From assembly GCA_040954595.2 (NCBI GenBank), contig CM082595.2:8414317-8478316 (forward strand): a DNA stretch of 64,000 bases. Reading direction: 5' to 3'. Under the pieces are notes generated by a model that made no database searches, was not told the origin of the DNA, and saw only the letters and a program-made list of their open reading frames with translations. A program made the translations under genes and the position numbers. Origin of the DNA: Balanoglossus misakiensis. Lineage: Eukaryota > Animalia > Hemichordata. Position 1 is the first letter of the stretch. Each line of letters opens with the position of its first letter. This document shows, one piece after another, positions 52,592-63,824 of this stretch.

Positions 52592-53608
52592 ATTTCATTT
52601 TATTTCATTTCATAGTTTATTCGCTAATGTATGTTTAAAAATAAAATACACCAGAAATCTCATTGGCTCGAACTCTAACAATATTAAGACATTTACAATG
52701 TAAAAACAGGGTCAACGACAGCGATAAAATACAAACACTCACTATAAAAAGTTACGAGTATCTGGCTAAAGGGTCCATCCCATTCAATTGACGGACTGCT
52801 GATGGATAAAAACTTTTCCTATGACGTTCTGATTTTGTTGCAATTGAGCGGTAACGCTTGCCTGATTGCAAAAGTGAAAACTGATGAAAGGCAGGATGAG
52901 AAGAATCGGAGAGTATAGACTTTGTTTTCTTGTGCATCCTAGATCTGTATAGGTCATCTAATTGAGGCAGGTTTACACCAATAATGCGCTCAGCAGAACG
53001 TATTACTCTGTTTAATAGACGGCGGTCTCCAACAGTTGAACTCCCGTACCAGACAGCAATGGAGACTGTCAACACACCCTCGACAACTGCCCGATAAAAT
53101 TTTATCAGGAGATCCCTGCTAAGACCGAAGCCCGCCAGCCCTCGTAGAAAGAACAATCGTAGCTGAGCTTTCTGAACACAATGCTCGACGTGCGCCTGCC
53201 AGGTTAAATCACTAGAGATGTGGATGTCGAGGAATTTAAAGGTGTCAACTATCTCGACATCTGTACCATTGATAGACAAAGGTGTGAGGGGGGTCTTATT
53301 CCTCCGAAAATCGATAATGATCTCTTTTGTCTTGCTAACATTTAATTCTAAGTTATTGGCAGCACACCACATCACCAATTCATCAACCTGGCGGCGATAA
53401 TTGATCTCATTTTCGTCAATCAGCCCAGCAACAGTTGTATCATCTGCAAATTTAATAGTGAGACAGTTTTCAAACCACGATATGCAATCCGAAGTCATTA
53501 GAGAATAAAGCAATGGAGACAGGGCACAACATTGTGGTGCACCTGTATTCAAAACCAGTGTTTTAGAATATCGTGAACCTATTGTGACCATCTGTGGTCG
53601 GCCTGTAA
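52592..53608 (-). mobile_element. Rex1/Babar-like LINE fragment (duplicate)
   Basis: Translation differs from the 4333-5274 ORF at one residue (H/Q). Confidence 0.85.
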
Positions 53609-54147
53609 GAAAATCATCCAAAAATAACCCATGACTTTTTTTTCCAAAAATGTGAAGAGACGTTGAACTTTCGCAAAGTCGAAATATTGTCATTTTGGAC
53701 GATTTTCATGACCCATGATTTTTTTTCAAAACAGTGAAGAAATTTTGAACTTTCGCAAAGACGAAAAATTGTCATTTTTGGATGATTTTAATGAGCTATA
53801 ACGCATGATTTTTTTCTTCAAAAATGTGAAGAAATGTTAAACTTTCGCAAAGTCGAAAAATACACATTTTTGGACAATTTTCATGAGCTGCAGCCCAAGA
53901 AATTTCGAACTTTCGCAAAGTCGATTTTTTTTTATTTTTGGATGATTTTCAAGAGCTCAAACCCATGATTTTTTCCCAATAATGTGAAGAGATGTTGAAC
54001 TTTCGCAAAGTCGAAAAATTGTCATTTTTTGACGATTTTCATGACCTATAACCCATAATTTTTTTCTTAAAAAATGTGAAGAAATTTTGAACTTTCGCAA
54101 AGTCGAAAAATTTTTTGATGGTTTTCATGAGCTGTAACCCATGATTT

Positions 54148-54952
54148 TGTAGCGGTTGAATTATCATTCTTCGCTATATTTCTGGGGACGTACGTAGATT
54201 GCATTGGTATAGACGCGATTTGATAATAGTTTGGGCATAGCAGAAACTGTTCACGTGACACTTTCCCGCGCTATCCATATTTGGTAGTTAGTTTGATACT
54301 TTTCTGCGAGTTTCTATTGGCTGACATGCCTTGTTTTCGTTGTTGAGTTTTGGGGCAGAGAGAGAGAGTAAGTGACCGTAATGGCGAAGTAGCAGTGAGT
54401 GCAGAGAGACGCGAGGAGAAAGGGTAAGAAACTCGAGCACGGACTACGAGAGCCGTCTAGCGTGGCAAGCGCTGCTCTCAAAAGCTCGTAGTTTGCCGTT
54501 CCTAGTTCCGCGGGTGGCGATGTATCCCGTCTTTTGAACTTTCGTTAGAGTACGGGCAGATCGAGACTGGAGACGAGTGAGATAGAGATTAGCAGCGTAG
54601 AACAGGGACGACGTGACCAGACTGCCGTGTTGTATTCCTTCTGAGTTGTGTTGATGAAATAAATACAGTGGGGGAAGTTGTAACCGCATTGCTGTGTGGA
54701 CTGATAGTTTTGCGATAAATCCAGGCGTGTGAGGCCGCTAACCTTGCAGCGATCTCCCGGCCGCTTGAGAACTTTCTCGACCTAGGTATGGACTTATCAT
54801 TGGTGGCAGCGAAAATCTATGAACCCAGCCGGACACGTCACACTCGTGACTGTCGGCGTATGTGAATATTGGTGACAGCAGGACGGTGTACGAAATACCC
54901 GAGCATCCCGTGGCGTCCGACGGGCCGATCCGACGGCCGGGCAAACGCCACA
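54148..54952 (+). mobile_element. Solo LTR (duplicate of 5729-6533)
   Basis: Offset 48419; TG..CA termini, ATTT flanks. Confidence 0.85.
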
Positions 54953-57900
54953 ATTTTTTTCAGGAAAACGAAGAAATTTTGAACTATCGCAATTAGGAAA
55001 AATTGTCATTTTTGGATGTTTTTCATGAGCTATAACCCATGATTTTTTTCAAAAAAGTGAAGAAATTTAGAAATTTCGCAAAGTCGAAAAATAGTGTCAA
55101 GGACACTGTGGTCCCATTTGAGGACATAGCACATAGCAACATAGCAATAAGCGTATCTGCTCTGGATGCCAAGATATTGAAAAGTAGGTCAAAGGTCACC
55201 TGAGGTCATGCAAAATTTGGGCATAAAAATTTGACCCTATACTGGTCCATGTTCAACAAAAACCAAACATATAGCCCTATTGGTTAGCCTGGAATTAGGT
55301 ATGCACATAATTAATGAGATATGAAGGTGTCACAGGTGACCCCCAATTTTGGCTTTTCAATTTTAGTGCCAACCCTCCAAACGCTAAGTCTGTACCTGCT
55401 CTGGATGCCAAGATATGGTAAAGTAGGTCAAACGTCACCTGAGGTCATGCAAAATTTTGACAAGAAATTTTGACACTATACTGGTCCATGTTCAACAAAA
55501 ACCAAACCTATAGCCTTATTGGTTAGCCTGGAATTAGGTATGCACATAATTAATGAGATATGCAGGTGTCACAGGTGACCCCCAGTTTTGGCTTTTCAAT
55601 TTTAGTCCCAACCCTCCTAACGCAAAGTCTGTATCTGCTCTGGATGCCAAGATATGATAAAGTAGGTCAAAGGTCACCTGAAGTCATGCAAAATTTGGGC
55701 AAGAAATTTTGACTCATACTGGTCCATGTTCAATAAAAACCAAAACTATAGCCTTATTGGTTACCTTGGAATTAGGTATGCACATAATTAATGAGATATG
55801 CAGGTGTCACAGGTGACCCCCAAGTTTGGCTTTTCAATTTTAGTGCCAACCCTCCAAACGCTAAGTCTGTACCTGCTCTGGATGCCAAGATATGGTAAAG
55901 TAGGTCAAATATCACCTGAGGTCATGCAAAATTTTGGCAAGAAATTTTGACCCTATACTGGTCCATGTTCAACAAAAACCAAACCTATAGCCTTATTGGT
56001 TAGCCTGGAATTAGGTATGCACATAATTAATGAGATATGCAGGTGTCACAGGTGACCCCAAGTTTTGGCTTTTAAATTTTAGTCCCAACCCTCCAAACAC
56101 AAAGTCTGTACCTGCTCTGGATGCCAAGATATGGTAAAGTAGGTCAAAGGTCTCCTGAGGTCATGCAAAATTTGGGCAAGAAATTTTGACCCTATACTGG
56201 TCCATGTTCAATAAAAACCAAAACTATAGCCTTATTGGTTACCTTGGAATTAGGTATGCACATAATTGATGAGATATGCATAATTAATGAGATATGCAGG
56301 TGTCACAGGTGACCCCCAAGTTTGGCTTTTCAATTTTAGTGCCAACCCTGCAAACGCTAAGTCTGTACCTGCTCTGGATGCCAAGATATGGTAAAGTAGG
56401 TCAAATATCACCTGAGGTCATGCAAAATTTTGGCAAGAAATTTTGACCCTATACTGGTCCATGTTCAACAAAAATCAAACCTATAGCCTTATTGGTTAGC
56501 CTGGAATTAGGTATGCACATAATTAATGAGATATGCAGGTGTCACAGGTGACCCCCTGTTTGGGCTTTTAAATTTTAGTCCCAACCCTCCAAACACAAAG
56601 TCTGTACCTGCTCTGGATGCCAAGATATTGAAAAGTAGGTCAAAGGTCACCTGAGGTCATGCAAAATTTTGGCAAGAAATTTTGACCCTATACAGGTCCA
56701 TATTCAACAAAAACCAAACCTATAGCCTTATTGGTTTGCCTGGAATTAGGTATGTACATAATTAATGAGATATGCAGGTGTCACAGGTGACCCCCAGTTT
56801 CGGCTTTTCAATTTTAGTGCCAACCCTCCAAACGCTAAGTCTGTACCTGCTCTGGATGCCAAGATATGGTAAAGTAGGTCAAAGGTCACCTGAGGTCATG
56901 CAAAATTTAGGCAAGAAATTTGGACCCTATACTTGTCCATGTTCAACAGAAACCAAACCTATAGCCTTATTGGTTAGCCTGGAATTAGGTATGCACATAA
57001 TTAATGAGATATGCAGGTGTCACAGGTGACCCCCAATTTTGGCTTTTCAATTTTAGTCCCAACCCTCCAAACGCCAAGTCTGTACCTGCTCTGGATGCCA
57101 AGATATGGTAAAGTTGGTCAAAGGTCACCTGAGGTCATGCAAAATTTGGGCAAGAAATTTTGACCCTATACTGGTCCATGTTCAACAAAAACCAAACCTA
57201 TAGCCCTATTGGTTAGCCTGGAATTATGTATGCACATTATTAATGAGATATGCAGATGTCTCAGGTGACCCATATTTTGGCTTTTCAATTTTAGTCCCAA
57301 CCCTCCAAACGCCAAGTCTGTACCTGCTCTGGATGCCGAGATATAGGAAAGTAGGTCAAAGGTCACCTGAGGTCACCCAAAATTTTGGCAAGAAATTTTG
57401 ACCCTATACTGGTCCATGTCCCACAAGAACGAAACCTCTAGCCCTATTAGTTAGCCCGGATTTAGGTATGCACATAATTAATATTTTAAGCAGGTGTTAC
57501 AGGTGAGCCCAAAAATTTGCCTTTTCTTTTGGCCCCATTGTGCTCACTGACCAATAGACAGTGACTGTACAGGACTATTGCACAGACCAGAATTCCACAA
57601 TAAGATGTGGACATAGCTTAACCATAGAGGTATAAGTAAAGTTATAAATTTAATAAAAAGACTAAAAAATTCATAAAAAAATAAAACATCCATGATATCA
57701 ACTGAACACTTACAGGTCGGTGTGAGGTTGACATAAGGTACATGCATACTAATTTTCAAAGCAATCTGACCAGTAATTGTTGACTTACAGAGTTTTGATC
57801 AATTTCACATTTTACAAGCTAATTTGCATATTTTTGGGCCTGGCAACTTCGTTTGGACAAACTCCCATCTACAGTCCTGCCTGCACCTACACATCAAATA

Positions 57901-59467
57901 TTGAGGTGATACGCGCAGCGGTTTTCAAGTTTTTGATGTGGACGGACATACAGACATACATCCATACATACATACATCCATCCATCCATCCATACATACA
58001 TCCAAACGCAACCCATCCCATAAGGTCCCATGGTATATAGGCCTTTATTACACCTTACGTATTATACCATATTTGTGATTGGCTGAGACGCGCTCACGTG
58101 ATATAGAAAAAAAAGTGATATAACATGGCTAGAGTTGATAAAGCCCAGTCGCGTGCGCTGATATTGCCCGCTGGGTTGTTTTGTGTTCTGCGCGCGACTT
58201 CTGCGCGTTCCAAACTGTCGTTCAATGGCTTCCTCCACGATCAGTCAACTCCCGCATCTATGGCTTCAAAGCGACACATAGGCTTAACACCTGTTCAACT
58301 GGACGATATTTTACCACAAACGGACAGTAAATACAACAAAATCGCAACCAACAGTGCAGTATTTTCAAAATAATCTAAGTTCGAAGTAGGTATCGTATAA
58401 TTCTTGGGAGATCGAGACATTTTACATTCTCAGCAACGTACGACATATGGACGCGCGTCTACGTTCTTCTATGCCTGCCTTGTATGTACGTTCAAATGTT
58501 CGGCGTAATAAAATTAATAACACATGATAGCGAGGGCAATATCACGATTTGAAGCCTACTCTCGGGCTGGTGATCTCTGACCACAATATTGATGATACCC
58601 TCGCACTACGGTCCAGGAGGCGCCCTCTCAGTTAAATTTCTGCATCCATTTGTTATTGCTCATGAATAATTCATTAGGTACAATGGCGGGTTTTTCGATC
58701 CAGCACTGCAACGGAACTAATTAATATGCAGGTGAGTGTATCTTGTAATTAACGCCAATTTCAGTGATTCCAATGAGATATGGAAGGCATATGCAATGTA
58801 CGGGTTCTTTTATGTGAATAGCTGTGAATATTTCTCATGCCCTAGATCACAAAACAGCGATCTCCTGATCGGTAGTTTGGTTACTATGCAAACCTAAGCC
58901 ACATAGCAACAGTTGCATTGTGCGGATTACTCTACGATTTGGAGAGTTTTGGTGTACTTCTTTTGAAAATAAAACGATACGATTTTTCTTTAATGTATAG
59001 AGTCTTACATAGCTGGGATTTGGGTGAAAATTCTCACCTTTTGTTGAAATTCAACCAAGCGAAACTTGTCGAGTTGCGTGCGTGCGCTATGCGTGAACGA
59101 TTGTCATTGTAAACAATGGCGCGGAGGTCGCTTTCATCAACACAGGGCAACATATTGATGGTTTTTATGATTTAACTGGGCGGTAAATTAAAATTTTAAA
59201 CCTAACATATTCATTTTAGATTGTTAGAAAACAGTAATGTATTGGAAAAATGGCTAAGAAATAATTAATAAAAAAACGGAACCTGAGAGAAAATGAACGC
59301 TTGGGGGCTTACATTGACCTATGATGTACGCATGTACACCCTGTGATGTGCTGTTGATGTTGACATATATTTAAATAAACAAAATAGTCTCAACAGGTGT
59401 ATGTCACTCTAATTCTGTTTCAGGCAGTTTTACCAACATATATTAATCAAAAGAAATACTGGTAAGA

Positions 59468-59847
59468 ATGCCTCACATTAAGAAGAGAAAGAGTAATTTT
59501 GACATTGGACGATGGGCAGTTGAAAAAAAGATATCTAAACTGATAGAAAAGGAAAGGCATGAACAAAATCAACATGAATCTCAGCTAGGTACCAAGCTTA
59601 AGTTAGAGAAAGTGCAGGACAATGAAATAAGAAACAGGTCAGAGTTGAAGGAGAAAAGGCGTAGGTTTGACATTGGGAAATGGGCAGCAGACAGAAAACG
59701 TAAAAATGAAGAGAGTGCTGAGATCAGGGCGAAGAGACGGAAGGTAGATGAAGGAAAGAAACTAGTTGACAAGGCCAGGAAGCGACTAGATAGACTAACT
59801 AAAAACATAAACATCTCAGTCAGGAAGCAGCCAGGTTCCACCGTGAA
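59468..59847 (+). CDS. Probable upstream exon of the transposase; basic, NLS-rich
   Basis: Duplicated motif KKRKSNFDIGRWA / EKRRRFDIGKWA; donor-like gtatgt at 59848; pyrimidine tract and acag acceptor at 60189. Confidence 0.55.
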
Positions 59848-60189
59848 GTATGTTTTGTTTTAATTATGATTTGCATAACAGGTTTGAGATATTTTTGCTT
59901 GATATTGTGAAGTTTGTGTTACACAGTATACTATGATGTTGTGACATGCTAAGGGAAATTTATATTTCTTGTGAATTTTTCTTTAGTGACGATGATTTAA
60001 TCAATTTTACTTACAACTGTAATTGCCACATAATTAGTGTTCATTCCATTAAAATGCTTTACACACACAAACACACACACATACACAGAATAATACCAGT
60101 TTGATTGTCCACAGAAACTGGCAAGTCTCTCATATTTGTCACAATTAACCTGGGTGACATATTTTCTTTTTCTTTTTCATGTATAACAG

Positions 60190-62442
60190 AACACATGTCA
60201 TTCATCAACTGCCAAGAAAAAGCACTGGGTTAAGAAGAGCAGTGAAGTTCATCCATGTAACAGTGAGTGCCTGACAGTTACCAAACCAGTTCAAAATAAC
60301 CGCCGAGTGAAGACACTACAGGTAGCTGCTGGTATACATCAGTCGTCAACAGAGACTGAAAATGCTACTGGTAATACATTAAATCCTCAGAAGGCTGTAT
60401 TAGATGGTCTGTGGTTTACACTGATCAATTCAGTCACTCCTGGAGAGATGGAAAAATACCTCTCAACTTCATCTAAATTTTCTAACATAATTATGCCATC
60501 ATTATTGCAAAAATCCATTTCTAAATTCGAAAACAGTGAAAATAACCTCATCAGGAGTGTCAGAGTTGTTTATCAGAATGGAGTATTGTCAAGGCGAAAG
60601 TACAATGCCATTCGTAACAGTGAACTGCAGTCCATTTCTCAGTTAAAACAACCTAGGAGTGTACTGCAATTTCACCATGGATGTAAAATTCCAAGGTTAT
60701 TAACCTATAATAAGGTTGTTCACTATGTGCGTAATTTAGATATTGGTGACCTGCAGCCTGTGATAGATAATGGGAGAGTAGTTGGTATGTACAGAAATGT
60801 AGAGGAGATGCTTCTGAAAATGGCAGACCTTTACACATTGTTGAATAAGGAACACCACCCTGGAATTTTGAACTGGTTTGGCAAGCCAGAGGGTGTGTTC
60901 CAAATTGCCCTCGGTGCTGATGGGGCACCATTTGGTAAATATGGGCAAGCAACTGCTTGGTTAGTTAGCTTTGTAAATGTATGCCATAGAGTAGCCAGTC
61001 CAGATGATAACTTTCTCCTGCTAGGAGCAAATTTGAAAGAGGAACACCCAATATTAATTGAATATGCAGCCTCACTAAGCAGACAGCTTGAGGTCATTGA
61101 AAGCAAAACATATGTAATAAATGACCTCCAGGTAAGGTTTGAGGTGTCCCTTCTACCCTTTGACCAAAAAGGTCTTGCATGTATGTCAGGGGAACTGTCA
61201 AATGCAGCACAGTTTTTCAGCTCTTTTGCCACTGTTTCTAAGGGTACAATAGATGTTATAGGGGCAGATATAGGTCCTAGAAGTAAACGGAAAGAGTGGG
61301 GATATCCAAAAAGAATAACAGATGCTGAAGCAGTAGCAAATTTCAAATCGACTTCGGCAAAAAAGGCCAAAAAGGGTGATATAGTTCGATCAAAAGTGAC
61401 AAGCTTCATTGCAAGTAGGAATTCAAGACAGGAGTTTCTTCCACCACTCGGAAAATATATTCAACATGCAAAGATTGAGCCTCTTCATCTCAAAAATAAT
61501 GCATGGCAGTACTTTTTTCAAAGGTTGTTGACTGATGCTGTTGCCAAAACTGACCAGAGTGCTGTTGATAAAGGGGTAACATTGGAAAAGCTGCCAAGTG
61601 ACTCCTGTCTGTACAATTTTCTCTATGCTGTAAAATACAAGGTAAGAGCAGGAAAGTTGTATAATCAAATTGTGAAATACTTCAATGAAAATAAGGTAAG
61701 TAAAAACATGCAAGCAGTGAAAGTACATCGATTCACTGGCGAGGAATCTAGAAAGGTTGCTTGGTCTTTCATGTCCCTCATCAATGCATTGAGTACACCT
61801 AATGAAAAGCCACATGTAAAAGCCAGATTGGCACTCCTGACATATATTGGTATTCTTCTGAGAGATATCACATCCTTGTGCTCAAGATTCCGTATCAGTG
61901 AGAGTGATATCACAGTGTTGAGACAGAAGTGCAGGTGGTATTTTAATCTTCATTCCTTGTTTCTCACTGTAAATAACACGGTGTGGCACATAGGATATGC
62001 TTTGCCTAAACACATATGTGAAATTTATGAGAAATTTAACATGGGTCTGGGTCTGAATACAATGGAGGGGAGAGAGGCAAAACACCAACGCCTTCTCGAG
62101 TACAGCCACAATTCTACACCCCAGAATAGATGGCGTCTTATATTTAGACATGAATATGTATTGCTGTACTGGCTTCGAATGCAAGATCCTTATTTAGATA
62201 ATTATCGTGGTCAGGGAGATAGCGAGTGTAAATCTTGTGTTAAATATATCCCTGACAAATATTATAATGACCCTTCCCTCTGTTTCTGTGGGAATGAGAA
62301 ACAGACTAACACACAGTCCTGCCAAATGTGTACAAGTGATTTTATGGCAGAAATAAAAAAATCTGCCATCAGTGGTAAGATTACAAATATGCTAAAAAAA
62401 AATGAAGTAAAGGTGTGTTCCTGCTTGAAACTCTGTATGTGA
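60190..62442 (+). CDS. DDE transposase, RAG1/Transib/CMC-like core
   Basis: Frame is open from the acceptor at 60190. Ordered motifs GADG, PFDQK, EPLH, FTGEESRK, GLGLNTMEGREAKH parallel RAG1 CDG, GYDEK, DALH, MNGNFARK, SEGNE. Confidence 0.8.
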   Translation, partial: NTCHSSTAKKKHWVKKSSEVHPCNSECLTVTKPVQNNRRVKTLQVAAGIHQSSTETENATGNTLNPQKAVLDGLWFTLINSVTPGEMEKYLSTSSKFSNIIMPSLLQKSISKFENSENNLIRSVRVVYQNGVLSRRKYNAIRNSELQSISQLKQPRSVLQFHHGCKIPRLLTYNKVVHYVRNLDIGDLQPVIDNGRVVGMYRNVEEMLLKMADLYTLLNKEHHPGILNWFGKPEGVFQIALGADGAPFGKYGQATAWLVSFVNVCHRVASPDDNFLLLGANLKEEHPILIEYAASLSRQLEVIESKTYVINDLQVRFEVSLLPFDQKGLACMSGELSNAAQFFSSFATVSKGTIDVIGADIGPRSKRKEWGYPKRITDAEAVANFKSTSAKKAKKGDIVRSKVTSFIASRNSRQEFLPPLGKYIQHAKIEPLHLKNNAWQYFFQRLLTDAVAKTDQSAVDKGVTLEKLPSDSCLYNFLYAVKYKVRAGKLYNQIVKYFNENKVSKNMQAVKVHRFTGEESRKVAWSFMSLINALSTPNEKPHVKARLALLTYIGILLRDITSLCSRFRISESDITVLRQKCRWYFNLHSLFLTVNNTVWHIGYALPKHICEIYEKFNMGLGLNTMEGREAKHQRLLEYSHNSTPQNRWRLIFRHEYVLLYWLRMQDPYLDNYRGQGDSECKSCVKYIPDKYYNDPSLCFCGNEKQTNTQSCQMCTSDFMAEIKKSAISGKITNMLKKNEVKVCSCLKLCM

Positions 62443-62985
62443 TTGTTGTAAATATGGACTTGTGACTTTTATAATACATCATGTATGATGTAATATGCTG
62501 AAAGTAATGTGTTAAGCAGTTGCCTGAATCAGCTTTGTTGTTTTGGCAAATACCTTTGTCACTTCTATGTCTATGACTTCAGAATGAGAATTAGAAATGA
62601 TATGAAAATAATAAAGTATAGAAATATGTTGAAATAAATATCAAGTGTTTCCTATATACAGCTATGTAATTATTTTCATGATTTTTTACCATGTAGGTGT
62701 TCAACGAATGAAATATGGTATACTTTGTTTCTTATACACATGCCTTTTATGTATATATAGCAAGATATTAACATTATGATAATCAATGAAATAAAGACAT
62801 CAGAATGAATCAAATGCACTGTTTCTTTATTTGTGTGTGAATTTTGGAATGCATACATAAAAAAAAATTAAATTATGAAATTCAATGCACCTGGGGAATA
62901 ATTCTGAAATAAATAAGAAATTAAATTCAATAAGTGCAGGAAATGTCAAGTCCCAACAGCAACAGTTAACACCAGGTAAGTTCCA

Positions 62986-63599
62986 TCATAGGTGTTGTGG
63001 CACACCATGCTTATTCCAGCATCCGTAGTGGAAGTGTATAGTTGTTGTTTCCATGGACTTCCTATACCTGATAATTAGGGGCTTCTCATCTGTACACACC
63101 ACTGCAACCCTTTGACCCCTGCATTCCTTGAATAAAAGCTGCTGGTTGTCATAGCGATCTCCTTTGCCTAACACATAGTTGACCTTGTTGATCCAAGTGA
63201 ACCTCAGGGTTACCGTACCAGGGGTCTCCTTCTCATCTATACCCATCGAATTACGCGCAGCATACAGCTGAATGATATTAAAAACTTCACTAGGAATGTT
63301 CCTACTAAAGCTGCCTTTCCAGGGATTTCGAAGGGAACTCGATGGTTTCATCTTCTGCTTCAAGATTGACCGCCAATGTGCCATCTCACGCTCAAACATA
63401 GGATAAAGGGGTATCTGCATAAACCTCGTTTTATCTGGTGTGTCATGCTTCTTGGCAGCAACATCAACGGCAGCGTCAAGGTCATAAAAAAACTATGCAA
63501 ATTGATGTTACCGAAGGTTTTCCTCCGTAATAGTTGAAACTTGGCCTGGCGTAGCTTTTGTTTTACGACCTTGGTTGTTTTGATCATGGGCGCCGCCAT
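62986..63599 (-). CDS. Convergent accessory gene of unknown function (~204 aa, one homopolymer frameshift near 63490)
   Basis: ATG in caagATGgcggc context. ORFs 63360-63599 and 62986-63420 join if one base is added to the A7 run at 63486-63492. Confidence 0.6.
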
Positions 63600-63824
63600 C
63601 TTGTATACCGGTTGCTAACAGGATGACCTCATCGGTGACCTCTATTTTACATATAAATGCTTCGCGGAATACTACTCAAAATCGGTACGCTCGTGGACCG
63701 CAGTGTCGCCTGCGGCTCGGGCATCATCAATATTATAGTCAGAGATCACCATCCCTCGTGCAGGCTTCAAATCGTGATATTGCCCTCGCTATCATGTGTT
63801 ATTATTTAAATACCAATGGGACCT

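Larger units (their letters stand above)
50375..61183 (+). repeat. Segmental duplication copy 2
   Basis: Near-identical to 1-12764 minus HINE-B. Confidence 0.95.
58604..63705 (+). mobile_element. 5102-bp DNA transposon with CACT(A/G) TIRs, 3-bp TSD, RAG1/Transib-like transposase and convergent second gene
   Basis: Left cactacggtccaggag versus right reverse complement cactgcggtccacgag (14/16); TCG at 58601-58603 and 63706-63708. Confidence 0.9.
58045..63809 (+). mobile_element. Non-autonomous Crypton-like element (~660 bp of own sequence), no TSD
   Basis: Empty site ggcct|ataccaa at 3769-3780; ~90-bp inverted arms at 58514-58600 and ~63718-63804; remnant peptide resembling Crypton tyrosine-recombinase N-termini (recognition from memory). 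Confidence 0.6.
55092..63824 (+). mobile_element. HINE-A element hosting the nested Crypton-like element and DNA transposon
   Basis: Hairpin left half ends ggcct at 58044; right half ataccaatgggacct resumes at 63810-63824. Confidence 0.8.

Noticed and set aside
58604-58650. RSS heptamer-spacer-nonamer at the transposon ends
   Set aside because: Only the CAC start resembles the heptamer; no ACAAAAACC-like nonamer at 12 or 23 bp on either end.
62986-63599. RAG2 homologue
   Set aside because: No visible kelch repeats or PHD finger, and too short.
63595-63603. GCCATCTTG, resembling the ProtoRAG TR5 core
   Set aside because: About 100 bp from the end, opposite orientation relative to the TIR, and overlapping a start codon; more simply a common YY1/Kozak-type motif.
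58599-63710. 5-bp Transib-type TSD
   Set aside because: Flanks are cctcg and tcgcc; only TCG is duplicated.
58514-63804. The ~90-bp inverted repeats as the TIRs of the transposase element
   Set aside because: They lie outside the TCG duplication and rejoin into the host element's hairpin when 58604-63705 is removed.
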